This document shows positions 58,380-64,000 of a stretch of 64,000 nt of DNA, one piece after another (position 1 is the first letter of the stretch; the number at the start of each line of letters is the position of its first letter). Under the pieces are notes generated by a model. It was not told where the DNA came from and did no database searches. It saw only the letters and a program-made list of their open reading frames with translations. The stretch is from Nitrospirales bacterium (GTDB taxonomy: Bacteria; Nitrospirota; Nitrospiria; Nitrospirales; UBA8639): NCBI GenBank assembly GCA_031315865.1, contig JALDRJ010000002.1:701147-765146 (forward strand), given 5' to 3'. The position numbers and the translations under genes are program-made.

Positions 58380-59834
58380 TCAAGAGGTCGTCTCCCGGCG
58401 CTTGTCTGTAATCTCTTGACACGTACACACCAGCCCCGCAGGGTATCGATCATGCAAATTCAAGAGGGTGAGAGAGACGAGCACGCGAAATTTCTCACCG
58501 GTTTTTCTACGTCCCAGTAATTCACCACGCCAACTGCCCTGTTGTTTCAAGATCGGAAACACTTGATGTTTAATCCGAGTCACTTCTGCTTCATCATATT
58601 GCTTTTCCCAAGAATGCCCCACTAACTCATCGCGCTCATATCCATACATCTTGGCTTCTGCTGAATTGACATAGACAAAGATGCCATTTTCATCATGAAG
58701 ACTCAGACCTTCAATGGCACGATCCACCGCATACTCCAGTCGTGCCCTCCCAAGCTCAGCCTGCTTTCGGTCTGTGATATCCCGAGCCACAACCACGATG
58801 CCCTCGACAACTCCGTGACTCGTTCGTAGTGGAGTATAGGTGACGATCATATACCGTTCACCCGCACGTCGAAAGGTGAACCAGGATTCGTACATCACCT
58901 CTTTCCCGACCAGACATTGGTCGAGCCTCGGCTTAATCACGTATTGAAACGTCTCGTTACCCAATAAATCGGACACGGAGGAGCCGACGATACCCTCCAT
59001 GGTCGTTCCATGCGCCATCTCATAGGCCGGATTAACCCGCCGATACCGGTAATTGAGATCGAGGATCGCAATCTGATCGGATGAACCGTCAAACATCTGT
59101 TTCGCTAACCGCCATGACCCTTTCAACAGCATCTGGTCCGTTTGGTCGATTGACACGGTCAGCACACATTCACCCGGAATGTATAACGACCGGAACGGCA
59201 TTCTGGTCGTCTGGAAAATTCGTGTTTCACCTTGCCGACTCGTGTATACTTCGTGCTCATCACATTCCGGTTTTTGTTGTTCCCGTACTCGTGTTTCAGC
59301 CTGCCGACGCTTCTCCTCCTCGACAGGATCCATACTCAACCGTATCTCGTGCAATCCGAGAAGCTCTTCACGGGAGATGCCGAGCGATTCCGCCGTTTGC
59401 CGGTTCGCCATCGTCATTTTGCCATTCTCGTCTCGGACATAAATCATATGAGGTATCAGGTCGATCACGGCTTGGATATCCTCCGCCCGCTTTCGCACTT
59501 CTTCTGCATACTCTTTCCAGGAAATCATGAATAGTGAGGTCATTCCGATCGCCAGGATGGACAACCCTCGATTCACGAGCACTTGCCACTCCTTCCCTCC
59601 TGGAGGCGATAAAAAATACCCCGCGACCGTCAGCCCGGAGCAGAGAACACCCACAAGAACGGTCACACGCCGTCCCGGCATGTCTTTCGTCAGGAACACG
59701 GCGAACAGATAGGGAACGCCCGAGGCCACGCCCAGGGGCAAGACCAGGTCTAAGACAAACAGACTGCCCACCACCCCACTAAGCACGAAGATCGGCGGTA
59801 GGATCCAGGCCTTCCTTTCAGACTTGGCAATCAT
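58380..59834 (-). CDS. membrane-anchored multi-PAS sensor (5' fragment; no transmitter domain)
   Basis: It has about 4 N-terminal TM helices followed by three PAS-like modules. It ends in the PAS C-cap QEITDKRR with no output domain. Confidence 0.65.
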   Translation of the reverse strand: MIAKSERKAWILPPIFVLSGVVGSLFVLDLVLPLGVASGVPYLFAVFLTKDMPGRRVTVLVGVLCSGLTVAGYFLSPPGGKEWQVLVNRGLSILAIGMTSLFMISWKEYAEEVRKRAEDIQAVIDLIPHMIYVRDENGKMTMANRQTAESLGISREELLGLHEIRLSMDPVEEEKRRQAETRVREQQKPECDEHEVYTSRQGETRIFQTTRMPFRSLYIPGECVLTVSIDQTDQMLLKGSWRLAKQMFDGSSDQIAILDLNYRYRRVNPAYEMAHGTTMEGIVGSSVSDLLGNETFQYVIKPRLDQCLVGKEVMYESWFTFRRAGERYMIVTYTPLRTSHGVVEGIVVVARDITDRKQAELGRARLEYAVDRAIEGLSLHDENGIFVYVNSAEAKMYGYERDELVGHSWEKQYDEAEVTRIKHQVFPILKQQGSWRGELLGRRKTGEKFRVLVSLTLLNLHDRYPAGLVCTCQEITDKRRETTS

Positions 59835-60265
59835 CCTCGTAATAAAAGCTTCGACCGTATCATGAAAGAACAGCGTGACAGAAAACGTGTATCGTCATAA
59901 CGAATGTCATGAGTCTGAGAAACAATCAGGAAGGAAACTGGTACGTCGAACAGCAATCAATGTATTATGCCGGCCCATAACAACTCACGGTTTCATCCTG
60001 AAAAGATGACTGTAGAAAACACGGAGAAAAGCCGGATTCTATCTGGCGGGATAAAAACAGTGTGTAGGCTTACATGATCTGAGGAAATCCCTGTGAATGC
60101 TTGAAGATGAGTCATTTCCTTAGCGAAAATGAAACCAGAGAAACCAGGACAACATTGTACCCGTTCATTTCAATCATTTCAACGGGAATCTGGAGCGACG
60201 ACAGACCGCTGACTACGGGCGCGTCCCTGAGGGCCTGGTCGGCGTTCAATCGAAAGGTAAAGTGT

Positions 60266-61375
60266 TTAGGAGTTGTACTCTGACACGGGCTCCATCGCTC
60301 GCACATCCACATAGGTGCGTTGCACCTCGAGCATGAGCGGGAGCATGTCTTCGAAGCGTTCCACGAGATGAGGATCAAGATGGGTGCCAGACAATTCGTG
60401 GATATGTTTGATGGCATCTTCCACGGCCCAGGCCTCTTTGTATGGACGCTGAGAGGTGAGGGCATCGAAAATATCGCAGATGGCGCAGATTCGTCCCGGT
60501 AAAGGAATATCTTCCCCTGACAATTTATTGGGATACCCTGACCCATCCCATTTTTCATGGTGAGTCAGTGCGATAATTTCCGCCATTTGGAGCAAGGGAG
60601 AATCACTCCCAGAGAGCAATTCGGCGCCGATGAGCGTGTGGCGTCGCATTGTGTGCCATTCTTCCGACGTTAACTGGTCTGGTTTTAAAAGAATGTCGTC
60701 TGGAATGCCTATCTTCCCGATATCGTGCATCGGCATCGCCTGCTGAACGAGCTTACACTCCTCTTCGGTCATGCCCGCCGCCTGGGCGAGAATCGCCGCA
60801 TAGTGACTCATCCGCACAATATGAGATCCGGTATCATTGTCCCGGTATTCGGCAGCCCGTCCCAATCGATGGATGACTTCTCGTTGCGTGTCCTCGAGCG
60901 CTTGCGTCCTTGTCAGGACCGTTTCTTCCAGGGTTTCCATATACCGCTTATTTTCTTTGTGGAGCAGGCTGGTTTCCAATAGATTACGAATCCTCATCAA
61001 CACTTCTACTTTATCAAACGGCTTATTCAAAAAGTCTTTTGCGCCAGACTCAAGCGCCCGCAATCGGGTTCCCCGGTCCTCTTCCGAGGTTAAGACCAGA
61101 ATGGGCAAATAGGGTCGCTTATTGACGATCTTCAATTGTCCCATGACCTGAAAACCATCGACTTCAGGCATGCGAATGTCCAGGCAAATCAGGTCTGGGT
61201 TCATTTCTCGGTAGAGTCGCACGACATCGGTCGATTCGGTCGTACTATGAATGTTCGTATAGCCGGCTGACTGAAGAATGTTCTCCAACAGCATAATATT
61301 CGTCATTTGATCATCCACGATCAAAACGGCTGCTTGTTGACATTGGTGTTGAGAGATCATGATTCCTCTCGCCAA
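60266..61375 (-). CDS. RpfG-type response regulator (receiver plus HD-GYP)
   Basis: The REC domain has VLIVDDQ, ICLDIRMPEVDG and ILVLTSE. The HD-GYP domain has MHDIGKIGIPD and HHEKWDGSGYP. Confidence 0.88.
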   Translation of the reverse strand: MARGIMISQHQCQQAAVLIVDDQMTNIMLLENILQSAGYTNIHSTTESTDVVRLYREMNPDLICLDIRMPEVDGFQVMGQLKIVNKRPYLPILVLTSEEDRGTRLRALESGAKDFLNKPFDKVEVLMRIRNLLETSLLHKENKRYMETLEETVLTRTQALEDTQREVIHRLGRAAEYRDNDTGSHIVRMSHYAAILAQAAGMTEEECKLVQQAMPMHDIGKIGIPDDILLKPDQLTSEEWHTMRRHTLIGAELLSGSDSPLLQMAEIIALTHHEKWDGSGYPNKLSGEDIPLPGRICAICDIFDALTSQRPYKEAWAVEDAIKHIHELSGTHLDPHLVERFEDMLPLMLEVQRTYVDVRAMEPVSEYNS

Positions 61376-61620
61376 AAGGTGGACTTCAAAAAATTACTCT
61401 CAATCAAAGGAGGTAGATGAAAGCTCCGGCTTGATGTCCTCTCTGCGGCCGTAGACCGACTGACCATGAATAGAACCTATTTCGGTCACTTACCCGAGAA
61501 CTTTACGCAGTTCACTGGCTTGTGACAGATTGGAACGTGCGTGAGGAAGGGTTCTTCACACAATGACCAAGAAGAATGAACAGATGCCCACAACATCCAA
61601 AGTCGGCAGCGTTACCATTT

Positions 61621-64000
61621 TCAGATTTGACGACTGCGTTCCTCCATGTCATCCGCGACCGGTTCCATCTCAGAACGAGCACACGCGCCGCTCTCTCCGT
61701 TGGCGGCATCAGACATCGAGGAGCCGGATTCTCCTCTGGTTAACCACTTCGTCAACACCTCCGTTAAGGCTTCCGGCTTGATTGGCTTCGTGATATAGTC
61801 GTCCATTCCAGCCTCCAAACATTTTTCACGATCACCTTGCATCGCATTCGCCGTCATAGCGATGATCGGTACTCGACGGCCACACATTCGGCCACTCGTG
61901 TCTCCATTCAGATCTTTAGCCTCTCGCTCGACGCGCAACGCTTCACGGCGTCGAATTTCTCTCGTTGCTTCATAGCCATCCATCTCCGGCATCTGACAAT
62001 CCATGAGGACCACATCATACGGTTGCCGGACAACCGCCTCGATCGCCTCTTGGCCATTCGCAGCCACATCCGCCCGATGCCCCAGTCGTTCGACCATCAA
62101 GACCGCCAACTGCTGATTGACCCGATGATCATCGGCGACGAGGACTCGGACGCTTTTCTTGCGTTCGACTTCTTTCAGCGCATGGCTGGTGATCAAAGCC
62201 GGGACAGATGCTTCCGCGCTCCCAGAGCCGTCGTTCATCACCGTCAACAAGCAGGCTTCGAGTTGGCCTTTGCGAATGGGCTTCGTTAAATACGCGGAGA
62301 ACCCAGCCTGACGAGCAGCCGTCGCATCACCCCGGCGGCCTAGCGAGGTGAGAAGGATCAACCTGACTGATGCAAGGGACGAGTCGGCCTTGATAGCCCG
62401 TGCCAGGTCCAGCCCATCCATCTCGGGCATCTCCATATCCAGGATGGCCATATCATACGGCAGGCCCCGCTGAACCGCTCGCCGCAAGATCTCCAGCCCT
62501 TCTGCCGGGGTGGCCGCGGTCGTCCCGTCCATCTCCCAGTCGACAAAATATTGTGCGACGAGACGACGATTGATCTGATGATCATCCACATAACACACAC
62601 GAAGTCCCTGGAATGAAGTCTGACGGTCAACCGGTTCAGGTGACGCCTGACGCTGTTTCCCTAATCGCATCGTAAACCAGAACATCGTCCCGACGCCTGG
62701 CGTGCTCTGCACGCCAATCTCTCCGCCCATTTGCTCAACGAGCTGCTTGGAAATGGCGAGGCCCAGTCCCGTCCCGCCATACTTCCTCGTAGTCGAACTA
62801 TCGGCTTGGGTGAAGGGTGAAAACAGCTTGGCCTGGACTTCGGGGGACATGCCGATCCCGGTATCGGTAATTTCAGCTCGTATCAGAACCGAGTCTTCTG
62901 TTTCTTCAGAGCCATGAATCTGAACGGACACCTCTCCCTGTTTGGTGAATTTAATGGCGTTACCCACTAAATTCATGAACACCTGACGAATGCGGCCAGG
63001 GTCGCCGCATAGTGCGGTCGGCACTCGTGCCGAGACAAGCCCGACCAGTTCGAGATGCTTCTCACTGGCCTTCCCGGCCAAGAGATCCAGTGTTTCTTCG
63101 AGCGCAGTCCTGAGGTCAAAATCAATCGTCTCAAATTCAAGTTTCCCGGATTCGATCTTCGAAAAGTCTAAAATATCATTGATAATGGTCAAAAGCGCTT
63201 CAGCAGAACTTCGTACCGTATCGGCATACTGACGTTGTCGGGCAGTCAACGCCGTTTCCAATAACAAGCCGGTCATGCCGATCACGCCGTTCATGGGCGT
63301 ACGAATTTCATGACTCATCGTGGCAAGAAATTCGGACTTGATTCGACTGCCCTCCTGCGCCATCAAGGCGGCCTGTTTCATATGTGCTTCCGCTCGAGTT
63401 CGTTCGATGACCCGACCAAGTTGCGTGCCGATAATCGTCACCACTTCCAATAAATGATCATCCAGATAAGCCCCCTGAACGAAGAAGAGTTCCATCACTG
63501 CGGTAGCCTTACTCCCGATACAGATTGGAAAGGCAAAGGCGCCTGTCAACCCGACCGCATCGGCGACTTTCGCTCGCGGGAAAATTTGATCCTGCGCGAG
63601 GTTTTCAACCCACACCGAACGGCAACTGGCGGCGACACTGCCGGGAAGACCTCTCCCAAGACGAAAGGACGTCTGCTCAGTGATCTGTCGAAATGAGTCA
63701 AATACAGAAGATTCAAGGTGCCAGATTTTTGATGGAACTAATAGGTGTTCATCTTCCTCATGCGTCAGATAGACATGCCCGACGGGACAATGCATATGCT
63801 CGCAGACAAGATCGAGAATGGCCTGAAACGCCTCATCGATCGACCGGGCTTCATTCGCAGAAACCGCCGCTCGCTGCAGTAGTTGCACCATAGCCGTCTC
63901 TTTCTGTAATGCGGTTTCGCCTTCCTTGCGTTGGGTAATATCACGGATGAAGGCATGAAACTCCCATTCCCGGTTCATCCCTTTGACCGGGGAAACTGCC
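61621..64000 (-). CDS. hybrid sensor histidine kinase (PAS end-GAF-HisKA-HATPase-REC-REC), 5' end beyond the window
   Basis: The frame is open through position 64000. The sequence upstream of the track Met reads ...[23 protein letters not shown], which is a PAS C-cap. The H-box is [10 protein letters not shown]. The ATPase domain has DTGIGM and GTGLGLA. Two receivers follow ([11 protein letters not shown] and [12 protein letters not shown]). Confidence 0.85.
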   Translation of the reverse strand, partial: AVSPVKGMNREWEFHAFIRDITQRKEGETALQKETAMVQLLQRAAVSANEARSIDEAFQAILDLVCEHMHCPVGHVYLTHEEDEHLLVPSKIWHLESSVFDSFRQITEQTSFRLGRGLPGSVAASCRSVWVENLAQDQIFPRAKVADAVGLTGAFAFPICIGSKATAVMELFFVQGAYLDDHLLEVVTIIGTQLGRVIERTRAEAHMKQAALMAQEGSRIKSEFLATMSHEIRTPMNGVIGMTGLLLETALTARQRQYADTVRSSAEALLTIINDILDFSKIESGKLEFETIDFDLRTALEETLDLLAGKASEKHLELVGLVSARVPTALCGDPGRIRQVFMNLVGNAIKFTKQGEVSVQIHGSEETEDSVLIRAEITDTGIGMSPEVQAKLFSPFTQADSSTTRKYGGTGLGLAISKQLVEQMGGEIGVQSTPGVGTMFWFTMRLGKQRQASPEPVDRQTSFQGLRVCYVDDHQINRRLVAQYFVDWEMDGTTAATPAEGLEILRRAVQRGLPYDMAILDMEMPEMDGLDLARAIKADSSLASVRLILLTSLGRRGDATAARQAGFSAYLTKPIRKGQLEACLLTVMNDGSGSAEASVPALITSHALKEVERKKSVRVLVADDHRVNQQLAVLMVERLGHRADVAANGQEAIEAVVRQPYDVVLMDCQMPEMDGYEATREIRRREALRVEREAKDLNGDTSGRMCGRRVPIIAMTANAMQGDREKCLEAGMDDYITKPIKPEALTEVLTKWLTRGESGSSMSDAANGESGACARSEMEPVADDMEERSRQI

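Noticed and set aside
58353-58382. The two in-frame TGA codons between the PAS ORFs could be selenocysteine or programmed read-through sites.
   Set aside because: Both codons lie in a non-catalytic linker. No SECIS-like hairpin is evident immediately downstream. The locus also carries a frameshift and an internal deletion, so decay or sequencing error is the simpler explanation.
61407-61434. A strong AAGGAGG is followed by a 5-codon ORF (MKAPA) on the plus strand.
   Set aside because: The SD-to-ATG spacing is only 3 nt and the ORF is trivially short. It is probably a chance occurrence within the promoter region of the minus-strand HD-GYP regulator.
1-64000. I searched the whole window for CRISPR arrays, transposases, integrases, rRNA, tmRNA, RNase P RNA and SRP RNA.
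   Set aside because: I saw no regularly spaced direct repeats, no DDE or tyrosine-recombinase-like ORFs, and no conserved RNA signature strings. Absence judged by eye is not proof.

Overview
This 64-kb window comes from a nitrite-oxidising bacterium. It carries a periplasmic, Nitrospira/Nitrospina-type nitrite oxidoreductase: nxrA (1145 aa, twin-arginine signal SRRQFLK) and nxrB (429 aa, four Cys-cluster motifs). I support about 55 protein genes, one tRNA-His, and several terminators and hairpins. The content falls into four groups. (1) Housekeeping blocks: asnS (partial), tlyA-xseB-xseA-ymdB-like-rny, zapB-like/zapA, slt, rpsT, and leuS-lptE-holA. (2) Envelope-lipid genes: an LplT-PlsC-Aas triple fusion and a PagL-like deacylase. 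(3) Ion transporters: nhaB and sulP. (4) Very dense signal transduction: 7 histidine kinases or fragments, 7 receiver proteins, 2 HD-GYP, HDOD, STAS, and 2 sigma54 activators flanking nxrAB. No CRISPR array, transposase, integrase or recognised defence operon is visible, and I found no complete novel multi-gene system. The observations most worth a second look are listed here. (a) nxrAB is a sharp codon-usage island built almost only of G-ending codons. (b) A 68-nt nested hairpin sits in the nxrA-nxrB spacer, with a G-U pair only on the mRNA strand. (c) A ~1-kb low-GC islet beside tRNA-His is bracketed by a 16/19 copy of the tRNA 3' end and carries an ORF with an RNxxxH (HEPN-like) motif. (d) A large multi-PAS sensor kinase has been broken into three ORFs by two in-frame TGA codons and an 8-nt near-duplication. 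(e) There are tandem paralogous receiver modules and two paralogous small coiled-coil ORFs. (f) Two SD-preceded hydrophobic micro-ORFs lie inside unusually long ORF-free spacers. All product calls come from motif reading by eye; no searches were run.
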